The notes under the pieces: generated by a model | The model's input: only the letters and a program-made list of their open reading frames with translations | Database searches by the model: none | Told to the model about the DNA's origin: nothing | In this document: positions 25,746-37,186 of the stretch, piece after piece | Position numbering within the stretch: position 1 is the first letter of the stretch | How the letters are laid out: every line of letters starts with the position of its first letter | Assembly: GCA_965216725.1 (NCBI GenBank) | Contig: CBDCGI010000005.1 | Location: 10,343 to 74,342 of the forward strand | Reading direction: 5' to 3' | Source of the DNA: Acidimicrobiia bacterium | GTDB taxonomy: Bacteria; Actinomycetota; Acidimicrobiia; Spongiisociales; ZC4RG35 | Length of the DNA: 64,000 nt | Made by a program: the position numbers and the translations under genes

Positions 25746-27191
25746 CTAGCCCGTGCGGAACGGCTGGGTAAGGAGCTGGTCAACCGGGGCGAAGTCATCC
25801 CGCAGCGGCCTCGCATTGTCGATGAAGACGGCGAGACGCCGTCCCGTGAACCCGTTCTCCGAGCCACCTCTGGCGCGGATGCGAGCTTCGATGTCCTCCA
25901 CCGCGATGGGCCGATCGGACCCGACGACCACGAAGTTCCCGCCTGTTGTGCCCTGCAGATAGCTGGGAGGACCAAAAACGGCTACCTCATCGAACACCGC
26001 CTGCATCGCCGCCAGCTCGGCTCGCACGAAACCCAGCGGGGGGTAGTCGATGATGTTTGCCACATAGATGCCACCGTCTGCGAGCCGGGACTGGATGGTC
26101 TCGATGAACTCGGTGGTGGTGAGATGCCAGGGAACGCTGAAGCCACTGAATGCGTCACCCACTATCAGGTCGAGCGAACTTGGCGCCAAATCGGCAAGTG
26201 AGTTGCGGGCGTCGTCTACGACGACGGCATCGGATTGCTCGAATCCGAGCTCGGAGACTCCGATGTCCACCAGCTTCGAGTCGATCTCCAAGATCGTGTT
26301 TTTCGTCCCGGGACGGGTGGCGGTGAGGAAGGTCGGGTAGGTGAACCCGCCGCCACCGATGTGGGCAACCTGAAGGGGCCCTTCGGGGAGCTGCGTGGAT
26401 ACCACATCGTCCAGCGCCCGCAGATATCGGAACTCGAGGTGAGTGGGATCGGCGAGGTCGACGTAGCTGTTCCGCACCGTATCGAGGACCAGGGTCCGCC
26501 CCGAGGACCTGTCGTCATCGGCCACAACCAGCGCACAGTGATAGGTGGTTTCGAACTGACAGGGTGGCTCGCCCAAGAAGAGGAAGGCTCCGAGGAGAGC
26601 AAGGACGGCAAGTGACCAGCTCCAACTGGCGCCGGTGAGAATCACTCCGGTGACCGTGATGGCTGCGCCCAAGAGATACACGATGGGCCTGGTCGGGAAA
26701 GCGGCAATGAGGAAGTAGCCGGTGAGGAAAGTGCCCAGGATGGCGCCGGCAGTGCCTATGGCAGAAAACGAGCCGACAACCGTCCCCGTCTCGTCCAGTG
26801 ACGCCAATCTGATCTTGACCACCACGGGGGCCACCGCCGACAGAATCGCTGCGGGCAGGAAGAACCCGAGTGCCGTGATGAGGACGATCTGGATGGGTGC
26901 TGGCGAGAATTCGGGCCCTACCAGGTCGACGATGATGGGTGCCGCGACGGCGGCGAGCCCACCGAAAACCAGCAAAGGACCGGGAAGACGGTTGGGATCG
27001 CTCCGGTCGGCGAGCCGGCCGCCTATCCATGCCCCGGTTGAGATCCCGGCGAGGATGACACCGATGATCCCGGTGAACACCTCCAAGCTCACCCCCAGAT
27101 ATGGAGCGAGGATCCGGCCGGCGAGGATTTCGAGGACCAGCACGGCTGCAGACGTCGAGAACACGAGGACCCTTGCCAGCCGCTGAGACAT
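25746..27191 (-). CDS. Fused polytopic-membrane plus spermidine-synthase-like (aminopropyltransferase / class I MTase) protein.
   Basis: N-terminal ~200 aa multi-TM region, then VAHIGGGGFTYPTFL...LDLIVGDAF spermidine-synthase-like fold. Confidence 0.7.
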   Translation of the reverse strand: MSQRLARVLVFSTSAAVLVLEILAGRILAPYLGVSLEVFTGIIGVILAGISTGAWIGGRLADRSDPNRLPGPLLVFGGLAAVAAPIIVDLVGPEFSPAPIQIVLITALGFFLPAAILSAVAPVVVKIRLASLDETGTVVGSFSAIGTAGAILGTFLTGYFLIAAFPTRPIVYLLGAAITVTGVILTGASWSWSLAVLALLGAFLFLGEPPCQFETTYHCALVVADDDRSSGRTLVLDTVRNSYVDLADPTHLEFRYLRALDDVVSTQLPEGPLQVAHIGGGGFTYPTFLTATRPGTKNTILEIDSKLVDIGVSELGFEQSDAVVVDDARNSLADLAPSSLDLIVGDAFSGFSVPWHLTTTEFIETIQSRLADGGIYVANIIDYPPLGFVRAELAAMQAVFDEVAVFGPPSYLQGTTGGNFVVVGSDRPIAVEDIEARIRARGGSENGFTGRRLAVFIDNARPLRDDFAPVDQLLTQPFRTG

Positions 27192-27225
27192 GACCGCATG
27201 CTATGGCCCTGTGTAACTTTGCAGG

Positions 27226-28662
27226 ATGGCTCAAGATCTGAAGATCCTCATCGGCGGAGAATGGACCGAAGGCACCGGAGAAGAGTTCTACGAGATCTCC
27301 TCGCCCGCCACCGGCGAACACATCTACAACGTGCCCAAAGCCTCTCCTGCCGACATCGACCGGGCAGTCAAAGCCGCACACGAGGCGGCTGACGAGATGC
27401 GTCACTGGACGGCGTTCGAGAGGGCGGAGATGTGTCTTCGCGTCTACGACCTCTGGCAAGAGCGCATAGAGGATGTGGCTCGAATCCTCACTCTCGAGCA
27501 GGGCAAGCCTCTCCAAGAGGAGTCGATCGACGACATCGCCGAGTCCGGGGACTACTTCCAGATCGCCGCCGAAGATGTGAAGCGACTCGCAGGAGAGGTC
27601 ATCCCGACGACCGAAAGGAACCGTCGGATGTTCACGGTGCACCGGCCGGTGGGAGTCTGGGCGGCGATCACGCCGTGGAACTTCCCTGTGATGATTCCCA
27701 TGGAGTACGTAGGGCCCGGCCTGGCGACAGGCAACGCCTTGATCGTCAAGCCCCCGGAGTTCACGTGTTGGGCGCTGCTCGAAATGGCTGAGGTCTTTGG
27801 CGAGGCGGGTGTCCCCAAAGGGGCGATTTCCATCATCCCGGGTGCCGGCGAAATAGGGGAACTACTGGTCACCCACGACGGCGTGGACGCCGTGGGGTTC
27901 ACCGGGTCGTCTGCAACGGGCAAGAAGATCGTCGCCGCGATGGGACTCAAACGCTCGATCATGGAAATGTCGGGAAACGGGCCGACGGTGGTCACCTCCG
28001 ATGCCGACGTGAAGAAGGCGGCGGAAGCCGCGGTTTATGGGGCCTACTACAACGCAGGCCAGGTCTGTGTCGCCACGGAGCGGCTCATAGTGGTCGACGA
28101 GGTGCACGACGAGTTCGTCGAGGCGTCCATCAAGGCCGCCGATGTCGTCAAGCTAGGTGACCCGTTCTCGGAGGCAACCAACATGGGCCCTCTCAACAAC
28201 GAGCCGACAGCGGCGAAAATGGACGAGCACATTGCGGACGCCGTGGCCAAGGGAGCCGAGCTCGTGATGGGCGGGGCCAGGGCCAAGGGGTTCCCGACCG
28301 ACCTCTACTACGAGTTCACCATCCTCGACAGGGTGCCCGAGCACTCGTTGGTCTCCCAGCAGGAATCGTTCGGCCCGGTGCTGCCCATTCTCACCGCTAA
28401 AGACGACGAAGACGCAGTGGGAGTCGCCAACCGGACCCATCTAGGCCTTCAGGCTGCGGTCTTCACCAACGACCTCACCAAAGCGTTCTGGTACGCGGAT
28501 CGGATTCGCTCTGGGACCGTGATCGTCAATGACTCCACCGACACCTGGGAGACGTTCCAGCCCTTCGGCGGAGCAGCCGGCACCGACACGGGATGGGGAC
28601 GGCAGCGAATCGAAGAGTTCACCGATCTCCAAACCGTGGTGTTCACGCTGCGCGACGAGTAG
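27226..28662 (+). CDS. NAD(P)+-dependent aldehyde dehydrogenase.
   Basis: Catalytic Cys in YNAGQVCVATERL and a Glu region EMSGNGP. Full-length ALDH. Confidence 0.85.
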   Translation: MAQDLKILIGGEWTEGTGEEFYEISSPATGEHIYNVPKASPADIDRAVKAAHEAADEMRHWTAFERAEMCLRVYDLWQERIEDVARILTLEQGKPLQEESIDDIAESGDYFQIAAEDVKRLAGEVIPTTERNRRMFTVHRPVGVWAAITPWNFPVMIPMEYVGPGLATGNALIVKPPEFTCWALLEMAEVFGEAGVPKGAISIIPGAGEIGELLVTHDGVDAVGFTGSSATGKKIVAAMGLKRSIMEMSGNGPTVVTSDADVKKAAEAAVYGAYYNAGQVCVATERLIVVDEVHDEFVEASIKAADVVKLGDPFSEATNMGPLNNEPTAAKMDEHIADAVAKGAELVMGGARAKGFPTDLYYEFTILDRVPEHSLVSQQESFGPVLPILTAKDDEDAVGVANRTHLGLQAAVFTNDLTKAFWYADRIRSGTVIVNDSTDTWETFQPFGGAAGTDTGWGRQRIEEFTDLQTVVFTLRDE

Positions 28663-28684
28663 CCGGGGCCAATGACGAGTGCAT

Positions 28685-28707
28685 CAGGCCACCTGATAGG
28701 TGGCCTG
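28685..28707. terminator. Perfect hairpin CAGGCCACC-tgata-GGTGGCCTG between convergent genes. Candidate bidirectional terminator.
   Basis: 9-bp perfect stem with a 5-nt loop, read from the sequence. Confidence 0.5.
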
Positions 28708-28724
28708 ACACACACGAACGGTTG

Positions 28725-29408
28725 CTAGAAGCTGGGCCCTCCGCCTCCTGACGAAGAGCCTCCATCGTCTGGGCTGCCGTATCTGGCCCACCACTTCTTG
28801 CCGGCATCGATGCCACCGATCCCGAACGCGATCGCGCCAGCGATCGCCACTGCGGTGACCAGGATCTTCACGATGTCCTCGGCGAAGTTGATATCGAGCA
28901 TGTCGAGAGCGAAGAGCACTCCAAACAGAACGACGCCGATGTTGACCAGCGATCCGAGCCAGCCGACGTTCTGGCGTTCAGCGAACGGCTGAACGAGCCC
29001 AGCCGCCCATCTTCCGGCGGCGGCAGAAATGATCACAATGATCGCCGCCAGCAATAGCAGGGGTATCCAGGCCAGCAGTCGCTCCAGGAGATCCTCGATA
29101 GTGTCCATCCGCAGTATGCGGGTGACAATGAGGAGCAGGGCGACGAGCAGGTAGGCATAGATGATCGTGGCCGCCACCGAGGCGGGGGTCTGGCCCGTTC
29201 CCTCAACTGCCCGGGAGATCCCTGACGTGCTCCAAACGTTCTCCATGGCGGGGGATCCCAGCAGTCTCTCGGTCAGCCTCCTCAGCCACCGGATCACCCA
29301 ACGACCAATGATGAGCACGAGTAATGCGGCGATGATCAGAATTCCCCATTCGACGATCGCCTCGCCTAACTCCTCCGCTCGTTCAACAAACCGGTCCCAA
29401 AATGACAT
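28725..29408 (-). CDS. Membrane protein with repeated TM helices (conserved-TM-helix family-like).
   Basis: ATG at 29408 preceded by GGAAGGAG. Hydrophobic repeats and a Gly/Ser-rich C-terminus. Confidence 0.45.
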   Translation of the reverse strand: MSFWDRFVERAEELGEAIVEWGILIIAALLVLIIGRWVIRWLRRLTERLLGSPAMENVWSTSGISRAVEGTGQTPASVAATIIYAYLLVALLLIVTRILRMDTIEDLLERLLAWIPLLLLAAIIVIISAAAGRWAAGLVQPFAERQNVGWLGSLVNIGVVLFGVLFALDMLDINFAEDIVKILVTAVAIAGAIAFGIGGIDAGKKWWARYGSPDDGGSSSGGGGPSF

Positions 29409-29489
29409 AGGTCTCCTTCCTGTGGGCACCGGCGCCGAACCTACGCGAGTGGAAATGCCGGATGCAGGACAGGAGCAGGGAGCCGTCGG

Positions 29490-29711
29490 CTATTCGGTCA
29501 TGGTCGCCGCCATGCCGGCGAAGCCACCTCCAAAGGCACCAAGCAACACTCCGGGGAGGATGGCAGTGGCGAAAGAATCGGCGAGGTCGTTGTCGGTGAA
29601 AAGCCAGATCGCCGCAGTAATCGCCACGATGACGACCGGCAGCCCGATCAATACTCCTTTGATGATCGCCTGGCCCATGATGGCCGCTGGTGTCCGTTCC
29701 ACTTCCGCCAT
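29490..29711 (-). CDS. Small membrane protein of 73 aa.
   Basis: Two hydrophobic helices. Tentative. Confidence 0.3.
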   Translation of the reverse strand: MAEVERTPAAIMGQAIIKGVLIGLPVVIVAITAAIWLFTDNDLADSFATAILPGVLLGAFGGGFAGMAATMTE

Positions 29712-29729
29712 GAGACGATTGTGCCAGAT

Positions 29730-31016
29730 TCAGTCCGAGCCGGTTGGCCAAGGATCGGAAACGACGTCCGCAGGCAAGTCGAGCCTCTTCACCCCGATGA
29801 TGAAGGGGAGTCGCAACACATAGAGGGCTCCCGCCACGACATAACCGGTGCCGAGCGAGTGCACGTCCGCGACCCGTCCCAGCGCAGGTTGTGTGACCAC
29901 TCCGCCGGCGCTCCCCATCAGGGAGTTGAAGGAGAGGACGGTGGCCCGCTGGGCGGACGGAATCACCTCGTTCATGTACGCCTGCTGCATAGGCCCGCTC
30001 ACCGCCCAGACCAGCGCAGTGATCGCCAACAGCGCAATTGCCGTCCAGAAGCCCAGAGGCCGTGGCAGACCCTCGGCTAGCCCGACCATCACCAGCGCCA
30101 ACGCACCGACGATTATCTCGACGATTATCAGGGAGGTACGTGACCGGAACACCCGGCGCACCGTGTTAACCGAGCTGCCGCCGGCGATCTGGGCAACCGC
30201 GAACAACGCGGCCGCAATGCCCGACAGATAGATGGCGTCCGGGTCACCGAATAGCTCGAGGAGATATGGCTGGAACGCGTAGAACACCCAGATCCCGACA
30301 CCCGCCGCGAAAGGAGCCCCGAGCATGAACAAGCGGATGGGCGGGTTCCCAATTCCGTGGGTCAAGGAACCGCGCACGATCGACCGCATTTCGCCCGAGA
30401 TCGAACGGCTCTTGCGAGGCTCAAAACCAAGGTCGTGCATCCAGAGGAAAGCCGACCAGATCACGGCAACCAAGAGCACCGATCTGGCCAGATAGGGAAT
30501 GCCGAGACTCACGGTTCCGAGGACGCCTCCGAGGATGGTGCCGACAAGTGTGGCGAGCCCGGTCGCCGCCTGGCCACGCCCAAACACCCCCTCCAAGGAC
30601 CCTTCGAATCCGGTGGCGTCGAGCGCGTCGACGAGCCAGGCCTCAGTCGCACCGGAGAAGAAGGTGAATCCCAGGCCGATCAGCGCGGAGACGAGGATCC
30701 ACCAGATGATTCCCGCCGACCACACCCAGAGCAGGAGGTAGGCGAGCGTTGCGACCAGCAAGGTTGCCGCTCCGAGAATGAAAGACGCCCTGCGGCCCCG
30801 TGCATCAGCCACTACTCCGGTGGGGACCTCGAACACCACCATTCCAGCCGTGAAGGCTGCGTTGGCGACAAAAGCCTCGGTGATCGAAAGCCCGGCGTCC
30901 AGAAGGAACAGGGTGTTGACGCCCCAGATGAGAGAGGCTGCCAGAGTCTGGAGAAGGACCAGTGTGAGATAGGTTCGTTGGATTCGCTCGGGAGTGTCTC
31001 GGGGTCCGGGTTCCAA
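29730..31016 (-). CDS. MFS transporter.
   Basis: Twelve-helix pattern and a D-R/K-x-G-R-R motif (ADARGRRASFILG). TTG start at 31016. Confidence 0.7.
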   Translation of the reverse strand: MEPGPRDTPERIQRTYLTLVLLQTLAASLIWGVNTLFLLDAGLSITEAFVANAAFTAGMVVFEVPTGVVADARGRRASFILGAATLLVATLAYLLLWVWSAGIIWWILVSALIGLGFTFFSGATEAWLVDALDATGFEGSLEGVFGRGQAATGLATLVGTILGGVLGTVSLGIPYLARSVLLVAVIWSAFLWMHDLGFEPRKSRSISGEMRSIVRGSLTHGIGNPPIRLFMLGAPFAAGVGIWVFYAFQPYLLELFGDPDAIYLSGIAAALFAVAQIAGGSSVNTVRRVFRSRTSLIIVEIIVGALALVMVGLAEGLPRPLGFWTAIALLAITALVWAVSGPMQQAYMNEVIPSAQRATVLSFNSLMGSAGGVVTQPALGRVADVHSLGTGYVVAGALYVLRLPFIIGVKRLDLPADVVSDPWPTGSD

Positions 31017-31037
31017 GTCGGTTAGCGTACCGCCGGG

Positions 31038-32045
31038 ATGTACACGCCTTACGAGAAGCGCCGGGACGAGGTCCCCTTTGCCTCATCGGAGTACATCTCA
31101 TTCGCTTCACGCAACTCGTTCCTCGGCGTTCCGGCAGTGACTCTCAACGATCTCGGCGACGGCGATGTCGTCATCGTCGGGGCACCATTCGATTGGGGGA
31201 CATCGTTCCGGCCCGGCGCCCGGTTCGGGCCGGCCGCCATCAGGAACGCTGACTACGGAGCCATGGATGGTTATCGCCCACACCTCCCCACCGGCATCGA
31301 CCCCTTCGGCGTTCTCGGCGTGGTCGACGTGGGCGACGTCTACGTCAGGCCGGGCGAGCTGGAGATTTCGATCGACCGCATTGCCGACGTCGTCGAGGCC
31401 GTCGCCGCCGCGGGCAAGGTACCGGTGGTTCTTGGTGGCGACCACACCATCACGTGGCCCGACGCGCTCGGCGTGGCGCGGGTCCACGGTTTTGGGGAAG
31501 TTGCGCTGATCCATTTCGACGCGCACGCCGACACCGGATTCATCCAAAACGGATCGCTTCACGGACACGGGACACCAATGCGGAGGTTGATCGAATCTGG
31601 AGCCGTTCCCGGCCATCGCTTCGTCCAGATAGGGCTCCGGGGCTACTGGCCCGAGCCCGAGGTGATGGAGTGGATGCGCGAGCAGAAGATGCGGTCATTC
31701 ATGATGGGTGACATCGTGGAGCGCGGGTTGGACGCCGTGGTCGATGAGGCGGTCGACTACTCCTTGGCAGGCGGAGCCAAAGGAATCTTTCTCTCCGTTG
31801 ACATCGACGTAGTCGACCCGGGTCTTGCCCCAGGCACCGGAACCCCCGAACCCGGTGGCCTCAACTCGCGCCAGGTGCTGGACACTGTGCGCCGACTCTC
31901 CAAGGACCTGAAGGTCCTGGGCGCAGACATCGTCGAGGTCTCGCCCCCCTACGACGGGCCAGGCGAGCAGACCGCCTACCTCGCCAACCGGGTGGTGCTG
32001 GAGATCCTCAACGGCATGGCAGAGAGGAAAGCCGCCACGGGCTGA
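31038..32045 (+). CDS. Agmatinase / ureohydrolase (arginase-family) enzyme.
   Basis: GGDHTIT, DAHADT and SVDIDVVDP manganese-binding motifs. Confidence 0.8.
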   Translation: MYTPYEKRRDEVPFASSEYISFASRNSFLGVPAVTLNDLGDGDVVIVGAPFDWGTSFRPGARFGPAAIRNADYGAMDGYRPHLPTGIDPFGVLGVVDVGDVYVRPGELEISIDRIADVVEAVAAAGKVPVVLGGDHTITWPDALGVARVHGFGEVALIHFDAHADTGFIQNGSLHGHGTPMRRLIESGAVPGHRFVQIGLRGYWPEPEVMEWMREQKMRSFMMGDIVERGLDAVVDEAVDYSLAGGAKGIFLSVDIDVVDPGLAPGTGTPEPGGLNSRQVLDTVRRLSKDLKVLGADIVEVSPPYDGPGEQTAYLANRVVLEILNGMAERKAATG

Positions 32046-32099
32046 CCCGGGGCGGATCATCTGCGCAGGTCTCGTGCGAATTCGCCCGGGACGACTGAC

Positions 32100-33128
32100 T
32101 CAGAAGCGGAACGACTCCCAAGGCTGATCGCCGGGGACACCCCAGACAGCCTTCATCTCACGCTCCCGAGGGTTCATGATCACGGCGCCGCAGGTTGCGG
32201 TCGAGACCGGATCCAGGGCGCGCTTCGAGATCCGGGGATTGGCAAAGAATTCCTCGAAGTCATGCGCCAACTGACGGCCTACCTCGAGTCGGATGTCGGA
32301 GTCCTCGACATAGACCTGCTCACGAAAGCCTTCCTCGAGCCGGGTCTCGGCCTCGAGGCAATGGTTCGAATGCACGAAAGGCTCGTTCTCGATCCGGGTC
32401 ACATGTTGTCGGTCCGGCATGGCTTCGATATTCACGCCATGCCCGTCAGGGCCCACGATCGCGAAGTTGTGCCCTCCGGCTAGCGGGGCATCAAGGACGC
32501 ATTTCACGGCGTCATCGAGATCTGACTGCTGGAGGACTTTGCGGACAACAAATGGCCAGGTGACACCGGGACGGCCGATTGATGTCAGATTGTTGATGCC
32601 GACACCGATGCCCGCCTCGTTCATGCCGATCTGACCGAGACACCCCATGGTCGTGTGCACATATGCCGCCGGGCCCGAATCCGGCTCGACATGAAGAAGG
32701 ATCACGAACTCGCCGGCAGACGCATGCATATCCCATGTCTGGGCATAGGCGCCCGATTCTGGGTCGAGCACCAAGGTGCATTCGTCGATCACCGGGGACT
32801 CGGCTCGAGCGCGGACGACATCGATCAAATCAGTGAACCCTCCGACAACAACTGCCTCTTCGGGACTGATGCCAGCCGACGTCGCCAGCGAAACCATCTC
32901 CTCGTGGAGGTCGGGCGCATACCGATGATGAAAAGGAAGTGTTTCGACGGCGAGATCAAGCACCTGACCTGGCGGAACGCTCCTGCCCGACCATGCCCTT
33001 TCACTGGCAAGGGCGAGCCGATCGCTGAGATAGCTCGAGATGCCGTCAGCGTATCTGGCTCCGTGGGCGCGCCCCCGTCGGGCGGCATCACCCGACACAT
33101 GGAGGACACGAAGAGGGCCGGTATGCAT
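32100..33128 (-). CDS. Peptidase C45-family acyl-CoA:6-aminopenicillanic acid acyltransferase-like autoproteolytic enzyme.
   Basis: Length, a conserved Cys (DECTLVLD) and overall similarity to isopenicillin-N acyltransferase-like (Ntn-hydrolase) proteins. Confidence 0.6.
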   Translation of the reverse strand: MHTGPLRVLHVSGDAARRGRAHGARYADGISSYLSDRLALASERAWSGRSVPPGQVLDLAVETLPFHHRYAPDLHEEMVSLATSAGISPEEAVVVGGFTDLIDVVRARAESPVIDECTLVLDPESGAYAQTWDMHASAGEFVILLHVEPDSGPAAYVHTTMGCLGQIGMNEAGIGVGINNLTSIGRPGVTWPFVVRKVLQQSDLDDAVKCVLDAPLAGGHNFAIVGPDGHGVNIEAMPDRQHVTRIENEPFVHSNHCLEAETRLEEGFREQVYVEDSDIRLEVGRQLAHDFEEFFANPRISKRALDPVSTATCGAVIMNPREREMKAVWGVPGDQPWESFRF

Positions 33129-33181
33129 CGGCTCAAGTTAACGCGACATGCGCGACAACACACTGGTACGTTCCGCCCTCC

Positions 33182-34258
33182 ATGATCCAGGAAGCCGCCG
33201 CAGTTGGCCTTCACGGTGTCACCAAGAGGTTCGCCGGGGATGTGACGGCAGTCGATGCCATCGATCTCGAGATCGGCGATGGCGAGTTCTTCTCGCTCCT
33301 CGGTCCGTCGGGCTGTGGCAAGACGACCACCCTCAGGATGATTGCCGGCCTCGAGTTCCCGACCGAAGGCAGCGTTCAGATCTTTGGCGAGGAGATGGGC
33401 ATCAAGCCGCCCAACAAGCGTCCGGTCAACACCGTCTTCCAGTCTTATGCACTGTTCCCTCACATGAGTGTTGCCGACAACGTGGCCTTCGGCCTCCGCA
33501 TGCGAGACGTGGAGACCTCAGAGTTGGAGCGACGCGTCGACGACGCGATCGACCTCGTCCGCCTGTCGGGAATGGGAAATCGCAAGCCAAAGGCCCTCTC
33601 CGGCGGACAGCAGCAGCGAGTCGCCCTGGCCAGGGCCTTGGTCAACCGCCCCAAGGTGCTTCTCCTCGACGAGCCCCTCGGTGCCCTCGACCTCAAACTC
33701 CGCCAGGCTATGCAACTCGAGCTCAAGGACATCCAACAAGAGGTGGGCATCACGTTCGTATATGTCACCCACGACCAGCAGGAAGCTCTGACGATGTCCG
33801 ATCGCATAGGTGTGATGAACGAGGGGAATCTGCTTCAGGTGGGGACTCCAGAGGAGATCTACGAGTCCCCAGTCAACAGATTTGTCGCCGACTTCATAGG
33901 TGAGACCAACTTCATCGAAGGCGAGGTGACCAAACCCGGCGAGGTCCGACTCTCCAATGGCGCGATTGTGATGGCGCGGACCAGCAGCGACCCGGGCTCC
34001 AAGGTGACCCTCACACTCCGACCGGAGAAACTCCGGGTCAATCCGCCAGACACTGCCATTGAAGAGGGCCGATGCTCACTCGAAGGCGAAGTGGTGCGGC
34101 GCATCTACTACGGCGACGCCCTGTATTACGAAGTCGACGTCGGCGCCGGGATTGTCGATGTGATGGTCGAGAACCGGCCGGGTCTCCAACGGTGGGATCA
34201 GGGCGACCAGGTGATCCTCGATTTTCACCCTGAAGCGGCAGAGGCACTCACCGAGTGA
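33182..34258 (+). CDS. potA: Spermidine/putrescine ABC transporter ATP-binding protein.
   Basis: GPSGCGKTT Walker [16 protein letters not shown] signature, and C-terminal TOBE domain. Confidence 0.85.
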   Translation: MIQEAAAVGLHGVTKRFAGDVTAVDAIDLEIGDGEFFSLLGPSGCGKTTTLRMIAGLEFPTEGSVQIFGEEMGIKPPNKRPVNTVFQSYALFPHMSVADNVAFGLRMRDVETSELERRVDDAIDLVRLSGMGNRKPKALSGGQQQRVALARALVNRPKVLLLDEPLGALDLKLRQAMQLELKDIQQEVGITFVYVTHDQQEALTMSDRIGVMNEGNLLQVGTPEEIYESPVNRFVADFIGETNFIEGEVTKPGEVRLSNGAIVMARTSSDPGSKVTLTLRPEKLRVNPPDTAIEEGRCSLEGEVVRRIYYGDALYYEVDVGAGIVDVMVENRPGLQRWDQGDQVILDFHPEAAEALTE

Positions 34259-35151
34259 CCCGACTCGACTCTCGCTCCGAGCCAGCGGTAACGCCGGACC
34301 TGGAGGCTGATGCCGAGCGGGCACGGTCCCGACGAGGTCTTTTCACCGCCCTCCCCGCATACGTGTATCTGATCGTCTTCTTTGCCATCCCGTTGGTGAT
34401 TGTCTTCGTCTTCTCGTTTGCGTCGCGAAGCCGCACCGGCAGGCCGATCCTCGAAGACTGGAACCTCGACTCCTGGGAGAAGCTGCTCGACCCGCTGGTG
34501 CGGGAGATCGCATTGCGCAGCCTGGGAGTTGCAGTGCTGAACACGCTGCTTTGCCTGCTCATCGGCTACCCCTTTGCATATTGGATCGCGACACGCCGCT
34601 CGGCGGCGGTGCGTTCTCTGTTGCTGGTGCTGGTGCTGATCCCGTTCTGGTCCAACTTCCTGGTAAGGACCTACGCATGGCGGACACTTCTCGACTCCGA
34701 CGGCTTGGTGACCCAGTTCGGCCAGGCGACCGGCCTCTGGGACCAACTCCTGTTCACGCTGCCGGCGGTCTTCATCGGGCTTCTCTACGGATACCTGCCC
34801 TTCATGGTCCTTCCGCTATACGCCGCCATAGAGCGGATCGACTGGAGCCTCGTCGAAGCGGGGCGCGACCTGTATGCCAACGGTTGGAGCGCATTCCGCA
34901 AGATCACCCTGCCTCTTTCAAAGCCGGGCATCATCGCCGGGTCGATCCTGGTCTTCATCCCAAGCCTGGGCGCATATATCACCCCCGACATCCTCGGAGG
35001 CGCCAAGACGACTCTCCTCGGAAATTACATCGTCACCCAGTTCGGGTCAGCGCGAAATTGGCCGTTCGGATCGGCTTTGTCTGGTGCGATCCTCATCGTC
35101 ATGCTCATCGCCTCGGTCTATTACTTCCGTTCTGGAGCCGACGAGTTGTGA
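34255..35151 (+). CDS. potB: Spermidine/putrescine ABC transporter permease.
   Basis: Polytopic permease with the EAA-loop region. Its start overlaps the potA stop. Confidence 0.8.
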   Translation: MTRLDSRSEPAVTPDLEADAERARSRRGLFTALPAYVYLIVFFAIPLVIVFVFSFASRSRTGRPILEDWNLDSWEKLLDPLVREIALRSLGVAVLNTLLCLLIGYPFAYWIATRRSAAVRSLLLVLVLIPFWSNFLVRTYAWRTLLDSDGLVTQFGQATGLWDQLLFTLPAVFIGLLYGYLPFMVLPLYAAIERIDWSLVEAGRDLYANGWSAFRKITLPLSKPGIIAGSILVFIPSLGAYITPDILGGAKTTLLGNYIVTQFGSARNWPFGSALSGAILIVMLIASVYYFRSGADEL

Positions 35152-35960
35152 GCTATCGCGAAGGCACGGCAAACCGACCAGGGGTCGACCGAATCCTGAC
35201 GATCAACGGCTGGCTCGTATTTTTCTTTTTGTATGTGCCGATTCTGATCGTCATGGTCTTCTCCTTCTCGGACAACCCCAACGTCGGTATCTGGGGAGGA
35301 TTCACCCTCGACTGGTACGACCGGATGTTCGGCAACGAGCAGCTGATGCGTGCTCTTCGGAACTCGGTGGTGGTGGCACTGGTATCGACAGTGATCTCCA
35401 CCGTCCTCGGAACCGCGGCCGCAATAGCCCTGGAGAGATATCGCCGATGGCTCGGGAGGGGTGCGTTCGACGCGTTGCTATATCTGCCGGTGATCATCCC
35501 CGACGTGACCATGGCCGTGATGTTGCTCCTGTGGTTCACCCAGATCGGGACGACCCTGTCTCTCACGACCATCATCATTTCCCATATCGCCTTCAATATC
35601 TCGTTCGTGGCGATTGTCGTGAGGGCCCGGCTGGCCAATATGGATGAGTCGCTCGAGGAAGCGGCGGCCGATCTCTACGCAGGAAGGTGGCAGGCGTTTC
35701 GAAGGGTGACCTTGCCCCTCATCGCTCCCGGGGTCATCGGAGGAGCACTGCTCGCCTTGACGATCTCACTCGACGACGTTGTGGTCACCTCCTTCGTCCA
35801 GGGGCCAGGATCGACGACGCTTCCGGTCTATGTCTTCGGCCTGATCAAGAGGTCGGTCACGCCTGAGATCAATGCCGTTTCTACTTTGATGTTGGTAGCG
35901 TCAATGGTGCTCGTCTTCGTGTCTCTGGGTTACCAGGGATACCGCGGGTCGAAAGAATGA
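35148..35960 (+). CDS. potC: Spermidine/putrescine ABC transporter permease.
   Basis: GTG start overlapping the potB stop (GTGA). EAAADLYAGRWQAFRRVTLP EAA loop. Confidence 0.8.
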   Translation: MSYREGTANRPGVDRILTINGWLVFFFLYVPILIVMVFSFSDNPNVGIWGGFTLDWYDRMFGNEQLMRALRNSVVVALVSTVISTVLGTAAAIALERYRRWLGRGAFDALLYLPVIIPDVTMAVMLLLWFTQIGTTLSLTTIIISHIAFNISFVAIVVRARLANMDESLEEAAADLYAGRWQAFRRVTLPLIAPGVIGGALLALTISLDDVVVTSFVQGPGSTTLPVYVFGLIKRSVTPEINAVSTLMLVASMVLVFVSLGYQGYRGSKE

Positions 35961-35973
35961 TTGGGAGGACGGA

Positions 35974-37122
35974 ATGAAGAGATTGATGGCCCTGTCGTGG
36001 GCCTTTGTGCTGGTCCTGGCTGCCTGTGGCTCAGATGACGGGAGTGATGTCCAGGCGGCGGCAGACGCGTGCGAAGCCGGAGAGACAGACGGGGACCTCA
36101 ACTTCTACAACTGGACCGAATACATCCCCTACGGCTCGGCGGCCGAGGACGCGGAGGTGGATGACCTCCTGGCAGCCTTCGAGGAGGAATTCGGAGTGGA
36201 GGTCACCTACACGGAGTACGACTCCAATGAGACGATGCTCGCCCAGGTGGAAGCGGGCGGAGCCCCTTACGATTTGGTGGTCCCTTCCGACTACATGGTT
36301 TCGATCATGTCCGATGCCGGACTCTTGGTGGAGTTAAACGACGATGCGATTCCCAACCTCGCCAACCTCGATCCGGCTTTCACTGGTCTCCCCTTCGACC
36401 CCGATGACCAATACTCGGTCCCCTATCAGTGGGGAACCACTGGAATCGGGTTCAGCTACGAATATGTAGATGACACCGACGGTGTCTCGTGGGGGGTCAT
36501 ATTCGACCCGGAACAGCGCGCCGACCACGCAGGCAAGATCTCGTTGCTCAACGACGAGCGAGAGGTATTCGCCGGGGCCCTCAAGTATCTGGGTTACTCA
36601 CTCAACACAACTGACCAGGGTGAACTGGACGAGGCAATTGAGCTGCTGAAGGAGACCAAAGGGGATATCGCGACGTTCAACTCAGATTCGTATTGGGATC
36701 TGGTGACTCAAGGCGAGATCTTTGTCGCCCACGGCTACAGCGGCGACTTCTTCGCGGCATACGACGGAGTCTCTACAGACGACTACGACGCATACGAGGA
36801 CTTTGGCTACGCCATTCCCAACGAGGGAGGCGTTGTCTGGGTGGACACCATCGCCGTCCCGACGACCGCCGAACATCCTTGCACCGCGATGACCTTCATC
36901 GACTTCCTGCTGGATGCCGAGAACGGCGCCACTCTCACCAACTACAACTACTACGCAAGCCCGAACGCGGCAGCCTCGGATTTCATCTTCGAGGAGATCC
37001 TGGAAGATGAGACCATCTATCCACCGCAGGAGATGCTCGACGACGGCTCGCTCGAATTCATCACCGACGTCGGCGATTTTGCCACTGCGTATGCGGATGG
37101 CTTCGCTGAGGCCAAGAGCTAG
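35974..37122 (+). CDS. potD: Spermidine/putrescine-binding periplasmic lipoprotein.
   Basis: Signal peptide with lipobox (LAACGS). PotD/PotF-family substrate-binding fold. Confidence 0.8.
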   Translation: MKRLMALSWAFVLVLAACGSDDGSDVQAAADACEAGETDGDLNFYNWTEYIPYGSAAEDAEVDDLLAAFEEEFGVEVTYTEYDSNETMLAQVEAGGAPYDLVVPSDYMVSIMSDAGLLVELNDDAIPNLANLDPAFTGLPFDPDDQYSVPYQWGTTGIGFSYEYVDDTDGVSWGVIFDPEQRADHAGKISLLNDEREVFAGALKYLGYSLNTTDQGELDEAIELLKETKGDIATFNSDSYWDLVTQGEIFVAHGYSGDFFAAYDGVSTDDYDAYEDFGYAIPNEGGVVWVDTIAVPTTAEHPCTAMTFIDFLLDAENGATLTNYNYYASPNAAASDFIFEEILEDETIYPPQEMLDDGSLEFITDVGDFATAYADGFAEAKS

Positions 37123-37130
37123 GCCGATTT

Positions 37131-37163
37131 CTCCCCCAGCGATCGCAACGTTTGCTGGGGGAG
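37131..37163 (+). terminator. Hairpin CTCCCCCAGC-(13 nt)-GCTGGGGGAG immediately after potD. Candidate intrinsic terminator with no U-tract.
   Basis: Perfect 10-bp G+C-rich stem read from the sequence. Confidence 0.45.
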
Positions 37164-37186
37164 TCGAGGCCTGACGCCACGGAGGG